In this document: positions 30,714-40,454 of the stretch, piece after piece
Layout of the letters: every line of letters begins with the position of its first letter
Numbering within the stretch: the first letter of the stretch is position 1
Assembly (NCBI GenBank): GCA_965205425.1
Contig: CBDBGZ010000009.1
Location: 128,001 to 192,000 of the forward strand
Reading direction: 5' to 3'
DNA from: Nitrosopumilus sp.
GTDB taxonomy: Archaea; Thermoproteota; Nitrososphaeria; Nitrososphaerales; Nitrosopumilaceae
DNA length: 64,000 bases
The notes under the pieces: model-generated
Told to the model about the DNA's origin: nothing
The model's database searches: none
The model's input: the letters and a program-made list of their open reading frames with translations, nothing else
Position numbers and translations under genes: made by a program

Positions 30714-31652
30714 TTATTTTTCATCTTCATATAACCAACACCGTACATATCCTGTTTCAGTTTTAAATTTAGGTGGAAGCTTTTTACATTTTTCTATTGC
30801 TAATGGACATCTTTCAATAAATCTACATTGTGTAGGAGCATCAAGTAAGCTTGGAGGAATACCTTTGATGTATTTTGGAGTGTTTCCTTTTAGAGTAGGA
30901 ATAGATTCTAAAAGACCTTGAGTGTATGGATGTTTTGGATTCTTGTAAATTTGTTCTGAAGAACCAAATTCTACCATTTGCCCACCATACATGATACCAA
31001 TGTTATCTGCAATTTCAGATAAAACAGCTAAATCGTGCGTAATTAACATGAAAGACATTCCATCTTTTTTAAGAGATTTTAATAAATTGATAATTTGTGC
31101 TTGAATTAAAACATCTAATGCAGTAGTTGGCTCATCTGCAATTACAAATTTTGGTTTGAGTAGTAATGCCATTGCAATGATAACTCTTTGTTTCATCCCA
31201 CCACTAAGTTCATGAGGGTATTTTTTTAATACATGCTCATCTAAACTGACAGAGTTTATTGCATCTAAAATTATTTTTTCAACATTACCTTCAAAATTAT
31301 GTTGTTTTAGAATTTCGAGGAATTGTTCATTGATTGTAAATACAGGATCCAATGAATTCATTGCACCCTGGAAGATCATAGAAATTTTTTTCCATCTAAA
31401 TTGATTTTCAAAATCAGATTCACCCATATCTAAAATTGAATTATCGTCAAATGTGATCTTTCCATGAGCAGTACCACCAGAAAGCATTCGGATCATAGAT
31501 AATCCCAGTGTACTTTTTCCACAAGCACTTTCACCAGCAATACCTATTGACTCACCATGATCTAATTCAAAATCAACGTCATCTACAGCATATACTGGGC
31601 CCTTTGATGAAGAATATCTTGAGGATAGTCCATCAACAACAAGAAATGTCAT
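30714..31652 (-). CDS. oligopeptide/dipeptide ABC transporter ATP-binding protein
   Basis: GESACGKST, LSGGMKQR, ADEPTTALD, HPYT, C-terminal Cys cluster. Confidence 0.93.
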   Translation of the reverse strand: MTFLVVDGLSSRYSSSKGPVYAVDDVDFELDHGESIGIAGESACGKSTLGLSMIRMLSGGTAHGKITFDDNSILDMGESDFENQFRWKKISMIFQGAMNSLDPVFTINEQFLEILKQHNFEGNVEKIILDAINSVSLDEHVLKKYPHELSGGMKQRVIIAMALLLKPKFVIADEPTTALDVLIQAQIINLLKSLKKDGMSFMLITHDLAVLSEIADNIGIMYGGQMVEFGSSEQIYKNPKHPYTQGLLESIPTLKGNTPKYIKGIPPSLLDAPTQCRFIERCPLAIEKCKKLPPKFKTETGYVRCWLYEDEK

Positions 31653-31733
31653 GATTCTTTTAGATCCAACCTAGGATTTTTGTTTTGCACTAAGGGATAT
31701 AAACAACATTATCAGAATGAAAAAGTCGTTCAA

Positions 31734-32246
31734 ATGAAATTACCAATTTGTGGCTTTGATGCAAAAAATGCAATATTATGTCCTCAATGTGAGAGTAAAG
31801 TAGAATCAGGGGAATTAACAAAAGCAGATGTTGTAGCATCAATGAATCTTGCAGATATTGCAAAGTCAGTGAAAGAAATTGATAATTTTACGCTATATTC
31901 ATGTAAAGAATTTGATGGGAATTTTGTATTATCATTGGCAAAAAATGATATTATGATTATTCGACAGAGCCGTACTATATACAGAACATTACAAGATAAA
32001 TTCAAGGGGAAAATTTGGCTAGTAGAGGCAGATGAGACAGATAAGCGGTTCATCGAAGACTTGTTTTTTCCAACTAAAATTTTGTCAATTAATGCAGTAT
32101 GGGCCCCAGGAGGAGTTCAAAAGACAAAAGCAGTGGTTTCAGGAAAATGGACTCCTAAATTTCCAATAGATACTGAGAAAGTTGTTCAAATAGTTAGAAA
32201 TGCCCGAAACCTTGACATTGAGATAGAATTTGAGGATAAAAGATAG
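31734..32246 (+). CDS. NusA-like KH protein with N-terminal Zn site
   Basis: MKLPIC..LCPQC start; directly upstream of aspS. Confidence 0.6.
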   Translation: MKLPICGFDAKNAILCPQCESKVESGELTKADVVASMNLADIAKSVKEIDNFTLYSCKEFDGNFVLSLAKNDIMIIRQSRTIYRTLQDKFKGKIWLVEADETDKRFIEDLFFPTKILSINAVWAPGGVQKTKAVVSGKWTPKFPIDTEKVVQIVRNARNLDIEIEFEDKR

Positions 32247-32248
32247 AT

Positions 32249-33535
32249 ATGGTTTTTGTAAAAACACACGATATTTCTGAATTGAATGAAGAGTTGATTG
32301 GAAAACAAGTTGTGCTAGGGGGATGGATTGAAGATCTTAGAAAATTAGGAAAAATGTCATTTATTACACTTCGTGACGTATCAGGGATTTCTCAAGTTAT
32401 AGTTAAAGGAGAACTAAATGACAATTTAGGGGAAATTAATCGTCAAAGTGTTGTAAGCATTAAAGGAATCGTACAAGAAACCAAGGCTAGAGATTTTGCA
32501 TTTGAGGTAAAAGCTGATGAAATCGAAGTTTTAGGAAAAGCAATTCATCCACTACCAGTAGACCCAATTGGCAGACTAGAAAGTAATATCGATACACGGT
32601 TAAATCATCGAGCATTAGATATGAGAAATCAAAAAACAGCTTCGATTTTTAAATTACGTCATCATGTATTGCAATCATTAAGAAAAACTCTTGCAGAGAA
32701 AAAATTCTTAGAGATTACGACACCAAAAATTATTGGTAGTGCAAGTGAAGGTGGGGCAGATTTATTTTCATTAGATTATTTTGGAAAAACAGCATATCTT
32801 GCTCAAAGTCCACAATTATACAAAGAACAAATGACCATCGGATTAGAAAGAGTGTTTGAAATTTCAAATTTTTACAGAGCTGAAAATTCCCACACAGGCA
32901 GACATTTGACAGAATTCACTAGTATCGACATAGAGGCTGCATTCATGGACTATGAAGATGTCATGAATGTTTTAGAATCTTTAGTGTTAGCAGTTTACAA
33001 AGACGTTTCAGAAAATTGTAAAGAGGAACAAGAATCTATTGAGCACATAATAGAAGTACCTACAGCACCATTTGAGAGAGTAACATACACTCAATGTGTT
33101 GAAGAATTGAAAAAAGAAGGTGAAAAAGTTGAGTTTGGAGACGATTTACTTGATTCGCATCTTAGAATTATTGGCAAAAACCACCCTGGATTTTACTTTT
33201 TGACAGATTGGCCAATGAAACTAAAACCATTTTACATTAGAGAAAAAGATGAAGATGCCACATTATCACGTTCATTTGACTTACAGTATGGATTTTTGGA
33301 GTTATCTTCAGGAGGAACCAGACTGCACAATCCAGAAATGCTCAAAGAGAGACTGAAAGAACAAGGATTAGACCCCACTCAATTTAATGACCATTTGAAA
33401 ACATTTGATTGGGGAATGCCACCTCATTCTGGATGGGGCATGGGATTAGATAGACTGATGACTACACTAATTGGAATTGATAATGTTCGTGAAGTTGTTT
33501 TGTATCCACGCGATCCAGACAGGTTAAGTCCATAG
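32249..33535 (+). CDS. aspS: aspartate--tRNA(Asp/Asn) ligase, archaeal type
   Basis: LAQSPQLYK, YRAE, ELSSGG, GMPPHSGWGMGLDR, YPRD. Confidence 0.95.
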   Translation: MVFVKTHDISELNEELIGKQVVLGGWIEDLRKLGKMSFITLRDVSGISQVIVKGELNDNLGEINRQSVVSIKGIVQETKARDFAFEVKADEIEVLGKAIHPLPVDPIGRLESNIDTRLNHRALDMRNQKTASIFKLRHHVLQSLRKTLAEKKFLEITTPKIIGSASEGGADLFSLDYFGKTAYLAQSPQLYKEQMTIGLERVFEISNFYRAENSHTGRHLTEFTSIDIEAAFMDYEDVMNVLESLVLAVYKDVSENCKEEQESIEHIIEVPTAPFERVTYTQCVEELKKEGEKVEFGDDLLDSHLRIIGKNHPGFYFLTDWPMKLKPFYIREKDEDATLSRSFDLQYGFLELSSGGTRLHNPEMLKERLKEQGLDPTQFNDHLKTFDWGMPPHSGWGMGLDRLMTTLIGIDNVREVVLYPRDPDRLSP

Positions 33536-33549
33536 AGAGAATTAGAAAA

Positions 33550-33783
33550 ATGACATTATTTTGTAAACAATGCAATGAAAGAAGGATGCCAATAGTTTTT
33601 GCAAAAGATAAAGCTCCATTATGGTTATGTGAAAAATGTGGAAATTTTGCAGATGGAAATGATGTTATCGTTCGTGAACAGACTAAAGAAGAAAAAGATG
33701 AAATGAATACTAAATTAGAGAAATTCCAAAAAGATTTCGTTCCAACAGGAGAGAAGAAAAGTAGGAGAAAGGGAGTAAATTGA
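33550..33783 (+). CDS. small zinc-ribbon protein
   Basis: CKQC..CEKC. Confidence 0.7.
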   Translation: MTLFCKQCNERRMPIVFAKDKAPLWLCEKCGNFADGNDVIVREQTKEEKDEMNTKLEKFQKDFVPTGEKKSRRKGVN

Positions 33784-33811
33784 GATATAATGCATTCAAA
33801 TTTTTATTCCA

Positions 33812-34084
33812 TTGAGGTTTTACAATCACATGATTGAACAAGAAGATGCAAAAAAAGTAGTTGAAGTTATAGGAAATAACTTGATTGGAGTATCACATGA
33901 TTCAAGCAATTTTGCAAAACTACCAGATTCTTTTTGGGGGTATTTCGCAAGAGGGCACGATAAAAAAGGAACATTTGGAGTAATAGTCACTTATTCTGAA
34001 GATGGAAAGGATGTTGATGAATTAATAAAAATGTATGAAGATTGGGCTGCAAAAAACAAAACAAAATCAGAAGAATCTACTTAG
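33812..34084 (+). CDS. hypothetical protein
   Basis: 90-aa ORF (start may be the internal ATG, MIEQ). Confidence 0.6.
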   Translation: MRFYNHMIEQEDAKKVVEVIGNNLIGVSHDSSNFAKLPDSFWGYFARGHDKKGTFGVIVTYSEDGKDVDELIKMYEDWAAKNKTKSEEST

Positions 34085-34208
34085 TTTCTTTAAGTAATTT
34101 TCTATATCCAGCACATTCTTTACAAATTGGTTTTCCCTTATACTTTGGATTACCATCAGTAATTTTTAGAGTTCCCGGAACTGCTTTACAAATACAACAA
34201 TCCGCCAT
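34077..34208 (-). CDS. micro zinc-finger protein (43 aa)
   Basis: Manual translation MADCCICK...PICKEC. Confidence 0.55.
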   Translation of the reverse strand: MADCCICKAVPGTLKITDGNPKYKGKPICKECAGYRKLLKETK

Positions 34209-34472
34209 ATGGTTTGATTAAATTTACAATTTATAAAAATTGGCAATTATACAAAATATGAAAATAACTAAGGAAAACAGGCTCAAAAGATTTGCATAAC
34301 TAATCGATCAAATTTTTTACACATTTTGATCTTTATCAAAAAGTATCTAGTAATTTTCATGAATACAAATTATGAAGTATTTTTGTGGATCATACAAAAT
34401 CAGAAAAAAACTCATGATGAATATATTCAGAAAATATCCTAGTTGAAGAAATTATCATCAGATGGAAATTAG

Positions 34473-35501
34473 TCTATTATCCTCAAATTAGTTCACCCCA
34501 TTATTTCCAGACTAAAGTCAAGATACGTTTGGAAAAGAGGAAAGAATCACAAGATTATGCAAAAATTAGATCCAATCCAGATATCCTGGATAATCAAGTC
34601 AAAAGAGGACGGTGCCAAGAACGCAGACGTTGCCTCATCCATGAAGATATCTGTTCGGTGGGTGCAGAAACTCTACTCACGGTATAGCCGTACTGGTGCA
34701 GTTCCGATTCTAGGCAAGCCTGGAAGGCCAAAGGGAATAATCACAGAGCAGATGGTACAAACTGTCCAGTCTACATTTGAAAAGTTCAGGTGTTCTGCAG
34801 TATTCTTGGAGAAAATAATTGATACTACTGGAACACACATACCTCACAATACCATACACAAAATTATGAGAGATGAAGGGTTGGCAGAAGCTCAGCCAAA
34901 GAAGAGGAGAAGACGAAAGTGGGTTAGATACGAGAGGACATATTCAAACTCCATGTGGCATACTGACTGGAAGAAGCTAGATGATGGCAGATGGTTCTTA
35001 TGCTACCAGGATGACGCATCAAGGTTTATCGTTTCTCATGGAGTGTTTGCAGAGGCAACAACAGATAACGCACTTGTAGTATTACATGAGGCAATTGCAA
35101 AGCACGGTAGGCCTGCATCAATTCTAACTGATCATGGCTCCCAGTTTTATGCAAACCAATCAGAATACAAGAGAAAAGGAGCATCCCAGTTTGAGCAAGA
35201 ACTGGTAAAATTAGAGATAAAGCATATCATGGCAAGAGTGAACCATCCTCAAACCAATGGCAAGCTCGAAAGATTTCACGGCGAGATTCAGAGAAAGCAG
35301 AAATGGTTTGGCACCATTGATGAGCTGGTCCACTGGTACAATCACATAAAGCCACACATGTCACTTGACTGGGATAATCTTGAGACCCCTGCAAAGGCAT
35401 ATGCAAGAAAGATGCCAGAGAAAGGAACAAGAGTTATTGATGAGCAGACAGGAGAAGAATACGATGTCAAATAAGGGACGAACTGATTTTGGGATACAAC
35501 A
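34473..35501 (+). mobile_element. IS481-family element B (1029 bp)
   Basis: Imperfect TIRs TCTATTATCCTCAAATTAGTTC / TGTTGTATCCCAAAATCAGTTC; 15-bp repeat TCAGATGGAAATTAG at 34458-34472 and 35502-35516. Confidence 0.9.
34557..35474 (+). CDS. IS481-family transposase (relative of element A)
   Basis: WHTDW, DDASR, TDHGSQF, HPQTNGKLE. Confidence 0.92.
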   Translation: MQKLDPIQISWIIKSKEDGAKNADVASSMKISVRWVQKLYSRYSRTGAVPILGKPGRPKGIITEQMVQTVQSTFEKFRCSAVFLEKIIDTTGTHIPHNTIHKIMRDEGLAEAQPKKRRRRKWVRYERTYSNSMWHTDWKKLDDGRWFLCYQDDASRFIVSHGVFAEATTDNALVVLHEAIAKHGRPASILTDHGSQFYANQSEYKRKGASQFEQELVKLEIKHIMARVNHPQTNGKLERFHGEIQRKQKWFGTIDELVHWYNHIKPHMSLDWDNLETPAKAYARKMPEKGTRVIDEQTGEEYDVK

Positions 35502-35703
35502 TCAGATGGAAATTAGGATCATCGTTAAATATGATTTTGACGTAATAGATATGACGAGAAACCATTGTTCTGCATCGTAGAATGATAGGTCTGGAAAACA
35601 CATCATGTTAGGAATACGTCCTCGATTCAACGTGTTTTCCTTGTATCTCGTTGTATCAAAAAAATTGTGATAAGATTATGACCAAACTAAATGCAACTGG
35701 AAT

Positions 35704-37023
35704 CAGTAGATGGGAAAGTACATCAAATTACACATTCTAGAAAATAATTATTTTTGTTATTTCTAAAGTAATGAATAATTATCTTTACAAAGAAATATTT
35801 GAGAATTTCAATTGATATTATTGGTTTGTAATTTTTTACATTAGTTTCTTCTGAGATAATCAAATTAGCAATTATCCATGCATTGTACAAAATCAATGAA
35901 TAGTAAAAATACAACAATCTTATGGATTGGTTTGAACTGGTGGTTTTTGGTCTGAACCTTCCCACACATGCATAGCCTGTTTCAATTCCCCAACGTTTCT
36001 TGTAATCAGTTGGAATGTTTTGTATGTTATATGATATTTCTTTTGGTGAAACGTTTGTTGCAAACACAACATACTGATCAATAATATCTGATTTTTTTCT
36101 TGCATTTTTGTTTGGTAGAATAACTAGATTAAATGATTCTACATGTCCTGATGATGATTTTATTGTGTATGGCGAGATTGACTTTCTATCTCCATTAACG
36201 TATTGTAAAATGGCATCTTTGATTCGAGAATTCTTTTTTGCAGGCATTAGAAATTTCAGATTCTTTTGTTTTATTTCTGAAATTGTTCCAGCTGTGAAAA
36301 ACTCCCTATCCACTAGCAATAGTTTAATCTTGATTCCATTATTGATGCCATCAGAGAGTAATTTACGCACAAAATCGGCATTTGATATGTTGTCATACAA
36401 AGGATAACAACCTAATTGAGCCCTGATTCTTTTTTCAACGCACTGCATGGTGCAGTAACTCTCAAAATGAGTAGTACTGTTTTTTGATTTTGATTTTATT
36501 AAAGAATGGTTTGGCAATTTGTCATATCTTGGGATTAGATGTTTGTCAATTGCTACAGTAACTGGTTGCTCCAATACTCCCAATTCTTGTAATTTTGATA
36601 TGGTACTATCCAGTGAACGATGTAATTGAATTTGCATTGTTTTTTGTGATATTTTTGATATAATTTTTCTCAACCATGAAACCCGTTGGAGAATGATTCT
36701 GGGATTCCATTGCCAGTCTCTTTAATCCAGATTCAGAATATGAATTTCCCAAACACAATGACATGATAGAATTGTGTGCATCAGCATTGTGGAACCGTGA
36801 GTTATTTTTACTAGAGCATGGAAACAACAAGATATTGTACATTATTTTAGTGATAATCTCAAATGCTTTAGATAGTATCACGCCTTGGTGTGTCATGGTA
36901 TCAAATGAAGTACAATGCATATTTGATGGAGTGACATACTTTCATCAAGCTTTTTCTATCTGAATAGATTGATTGAATAATTGATAGTTTTTGATCTAAA
37001 TTGAGTTACTTTCCCATCTACTG
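35704..37023 (-). mobile_element. ISH3 (IS4-like) family element, 1320 bp
   Basis: 17-bp perfect TIR CAGTAGATGGGAAAGTA; 5-bp duplication GGAAT. Confidence 0.9.
35723..36920 (-). pseudogene. ISH3-type transposase with a 1-nt frameshift near 36680
   Basis: VAIDKH, LVDREF, YKKRWGIETGY; deleting one T in GGTTTCATGG joins SPTG-SWLRK. Confidence 0.8.
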
Positions 37024-37397
37024 GGAATCGATCATGTAAACATGAAAGTAAAGAATTTAGAACAAAGTATAGAATTTTACAAAAATCTTTTCGGCTTTGA
37101 AGTAAAAAAGGAAGAAAACGAACCAAACAAACTCGAAGCTCCATCAAAAATTATTGGGAATGATTCTATCAAATTATGTATGTATGAGATGCCAGATATG
37201 AAACCAGAGGGTGGAATTGCACATTTTGGATTCAATATTGAAAATTTTGATGAAGTGATTTCAAAGTGCAAAGAACTAGGAGTGCAGATTCTATATGGAG
37301 GAACTATTGACTGGGAGAAATCAAAATCAGTATACATTGTAGATCCTAGCGGATATGGATTGGAATTAGGGCAAGTTTCTGGTGGCGGATTATAGCA

Positions 37398-38411
37398 TTA
37401 GAGATTATCTGTAATCTGTTTTGTAAACTCTAAAGTACTTTTATCCCCACCAATATCTTTAGTTTTGATACCAGACTTTACCAAATCAAATATTGTCGAT
37501 TCCAATTTCTGACCAACTTCAATACATTTAGAATCATTGTGTTTCTTTCCCAACCAATCAAACATCATCTTAATAGATAACAAGAATGAGGAAGGATTTG
37601 CAATATTTTGTCCTGCAATGTCAAATGCTGCACCATGTACAGGCTCAAACAATGCAAATTTGTCTCCAATGTTAGCAGTTGGGGCCATCCCCAATCCACC
37701 AACTACTTGAGAGGATTCATCAGATAAAATATCTCCAAACAAATTAGTTGTAACTACAACATCAAATTGTTCGGGTTGACGAATTAAATTCATTGCACAT
37801 GCATCTACATACATTTCTTCAAATGTAATATCAGGATAATCTTTAGAAACTTCAGTGCATGCTTTTGCAAACATGCCATCAGTAACTCGCATGACATTTG
37901 ATTTATGTACACAAGTAACTTTTCTCATAGAGTCACGTTGTTTTGCAGTTTCAAATGCATATTTTGCTATTCTTTTTGAGGCAGCTTCAGAAATTATTCT
38001 TAGAGCAACAGAGGAATCACCTAAACTGAATTCTTTACCAGTGTAAAGATCTTCAGTGTTCTCTCTAACTATCACCATATCAATATCATCACGCAATGCA
38101 GGCATATGTGGGTAGGATTTTGCAGGACGGATATTTGCATAAAGATCAAGCATTCTTCTCAACACCACAATGACATCAGCTGCACTTTCACCAACAGGAG
38201 CTTTCAAACAAACATCAGATTGTTTTATAGTTTCAACAGTTTCATCAGGAAGTGCTTTTCCAGTTTCAGATAAGGCCTTGTCACCTGCAGATAATTTTGT
38301 GATATCAAATTTCAGATCAAGCTTATCATGGATTGTATTTAATACAGAAATTGCAGATTCGGATAATTCAGGACCTATTCCATCGCCCGTAATTAATGAT
38401 ATTTTATACAT
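37398..38411 (-). CDS. leuB: 3-isopropylmalate dehydrogenase (isocitrate/IPM dehydrogenase family)
   Basis: GDGIGPE, RENTED, HKSNV, NLFGDILSD, EPVHG; operon context. Confidence 0.82.
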   Translation of the reverse strand: MYKISLITGDGIGPELSESAISVLNTIHDKLDLKFDITKLSAGDKALSETGKALPDETVETIKQSDVCLKAPVGESAADVIVVLRRMLDLYANIRPAKSYPHMPALRDDIDMVIVRENTEDLYTGKEFSLGDSSVALRIISEAASKRIAKYAFETAKQRDSMRKVTCVHKSNVMRVTDGMFAKACTEVSKDYPDITFEEMYVDACAMNLIRQPEQFDVVVTTNLFGDILSDESSQVVGGLGMAPTANIGDKFALFEPVHGAAFDIAGQNIANPSSFLLSIKMMFDWLGKKHNDSKCIEVGQKLESTIFDLVKSGIKTKDIGGDKSTLEFTKQITDNL

Positions 38412-38444
38412 AATTACACATCACACAAAGGGAGATTTTAGGAT

Positions 38445-39962
38445 TTAGCTTACCTGTTTTTCACTAAGCATTTTTTTGAGCATGATTCTATTGATTGCAT
38501 CAATGACTGCTTTTACAGAAGTAGTAACAATATCCTCACCAACAGATTTTGCTGAAACCTTGTTTCCTAATGGATCCTCAACTTTTACTGTAACTTCACA
38601 TAATGCTCCAGAACCGCCAGAAATAGATGCCAATCCATAGTCCTTGATTCGAATTTCGGAAATCTTACCAGTGATTTTTTGAATTGCATTTAATGCAGCA
38701 TCTACAGGACCAACTCCGTAATCAGTACCAATATGATCCTGACCATCAACGTTTAATTTTACAAATGCGTATGGCATTGTTCCAATTCCAGTAGAAACTG
38801 AAAAACCAGTTAATTGTACAATTCTTTTGAGTTCTTTTTCACCCAATACTTCACTTGCCATAGATAACAATTCTACATCAGTGACTTGTTTTCCTTGATC
38901 ACCAAGTACCTTTACTTTTTCCAAGATTTGTTTTGCTTGTTCCTCAGTTGGTTTTACACCATATTCTTCCAACATTGCATTCATTCCATGAACTCCTGCA
39001 TGTTTTCCAACCTTGAGCCATCTTTTTCTTCCCACTAATTCAGGGCTAATGGGTTCGTAAGTGAGAGGATTATTCAATACACCATGAGTGTGGATTCCAG
39101 ACTCGTGACCAAATGCATTAGCACCAACTATTGCTTTGTTTGGTTGTACAATAATTCCAACAGTTTTTGAAATAAATCTAGATGCATCATAGATTAATTC
39201 AGATTTAATGTTAGTTTCATAATTTTGTTCATATGGCAAACATTTGAGTGCCATGGAAAATTCTTCTAATGAAGCATTTCCAGCTCTCTCACCAATTCCA
39301 TTAATTGTAACATGTGCACATGCAGCTCCTGCATGAATTCCAGATAATGCGTTTGCTACAGCCAATCCAAAGTCATTGTGACAGTGAACACTCACTGGAA
39401 GTTTTGTAGCTTCAATGGCATCCCTAGTAATTTCAGCCATATACTCAGGAGTTGAATAGCCCACAGTATCAGGAATGTTAACACGGTCAGCCCCTGCTTT
39501 AGCAACATCGCCGAAAACTTTTTTCAAAAATTCTCTGTCTGTTCTAGATGCATCTTCAGCTGAAAATTCTACTTGCAAGCCACGAGACTTTCCATATTCT
39601 ACAGCTTCAATTGCTTTTTCAAGCGCTTGGTCTCTAGTCATTTGGAGTTTGTGTTCCAGGTGAATATCTGAAGTTGCGATGAATGTATGGACATAGTTTA
39701 ATCCGGCATCAACAGCTGCATCAATATCTTTTTTGATGGTTCTAGTCAATCCTGCAATTTCACAAGATAATCCTTCTGAAGTTATCATTTTAACAGCTTG
39801 TGATTCACCTGCAGAGATTACTGGAAAACCTGCTTCAATAGCATCAACACCTAATTCATCAAGTTTTTTTGCAATTGCTAATTTTTGATCAGGTGATAAC
39901 GATACACCAAGTGTTTGTTCTCCATCTCTTAATGTGGTATCAAAAATTCTGACATTTACCAT
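38445..39962 (-). CDS. leuA: 2-isopropylmalate/citramalate synthase
   Basis: DTTLRDGEQ, HCHNDFG, GERAGN, HESGIH, GPVDA regulatory domain; LeuA vs CimA not resolved. Confidence 0.8.
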   Translation of the reverse strand: MVNVRIFDTTLRDGEQTLGVSLSPDQKLAIAKKLDELGVDAIEAGFPVISAGESQAVKMITSEGLSCEIAGLTRTIKKDIDAAVDAGLNYVHTFIATSDIHLEHKLQMTRDQALEKAIEAVEYGKSRGLQVEFSAEDASRTDREFLKKVFGDVAKAGADRVNIPDTVGYSTPEYMAEITRDAIEATKLPVSVHCHNDFGLAVANALSGIHAGAACAHVTINGIGERAGNASLEEFSMALKCLPYEQNYETNIKSELIYDASRFISKTVGIIVQPNKAIVGANAFGHESGIHTHGVLNNPLTYEPISPELVGRKRWLKVGKHAGVHGMNAMLEEYGVKPTEEQAKQILEKVKVLGDQGKQVTDVELLSMASEVLGEKELKRIVQLTGFSVSTGIGTMPYAFVKLNVDGQDHIGTDYGVGPVDAALNAIQKITGKISEIRIKDYGLASISGGSGALCEVTVKVEDPLGNKVSAKSVGEDIVTTSVKAVIDAINRIMLKKMLSEKQVS

Positions 39963-40447
39963 TATGCACCACTTCTCTGTAATGCAGCAACCCCAGTTCG
40001 TGCAACATCAAGAATTCCAAATGGTTTTGCTAATTCTTCAAATGCCTTGATTTGATCTGGGGTGGCAGTTAATTCCACCATGATAGAATCTTTCTTTACA
40101 TCATGAACTTTACCATCATATGCATTTGCCAATTTGTTAATTTCCATACTATCATTAGCATTACTGAGTTTTATCTTAAAAATACTAAGTTCTCGAAATA
40201 CAGTTTTGTGCTCATCTAAACGCTCAACTTTGACTGTGTCAATCATTTTATCGAGTTGTTTGACTATCTGAGCAATTTGCTTTTCATCACCATATGTAGT
40301 AATAGTCATTTTTGAATAATCAGGATTCTCAGTGGTCCCTACAGAAATACTATCAATATTGAAATTTCTTGCTCTAAAAAGATGAGTTACCTTAAACAAG
40401 ATTCCAGGTTTGTTTTCAACTAAAATAGAAAGAATTGCCCACATCAT
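39962..40447 (-). CDS. ilvH: acetolactate synthase small subunit
   Basis: VENKPGIL..RNFNIDS, ARTG. Confidence 0.92.
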   Translation of the reverse strand: MMWAILSILVENKPGILFKVTHLFRARNFNIDSISVGTTENPDYSKMTITTYGDEKQIAQIVKQLDKMIDTVKVERLDEHKTVFRELSIFKIKLSNANDSMEINKLANAYDGKVHDVKKDSIMVELTATPDQIKAFEELAKPFGILDVARTGVAALQRSGA

Positions 40448-40454
40448 AAATCAC

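Larger units (their letters stand above)
35678..37395 (+). pseudogene. VOC/glyoxalase gene split by the ISH3-type insertion
   Basis: Removing the IS and one GGAAT restores MTKLNATGIDHVNMKVKNLEQSIEFY...AHFGF...DPSGYGLEL. Confidence 0.88.

Noticed and set aside
36672..36690. GGGTTTC as a programmed -1 frameshift in the ISH3 transposase
   Set aside because: A -1 slip meets TGA almost at once; joining the ORFs needs +1, so mutation or sequencing error is more likely
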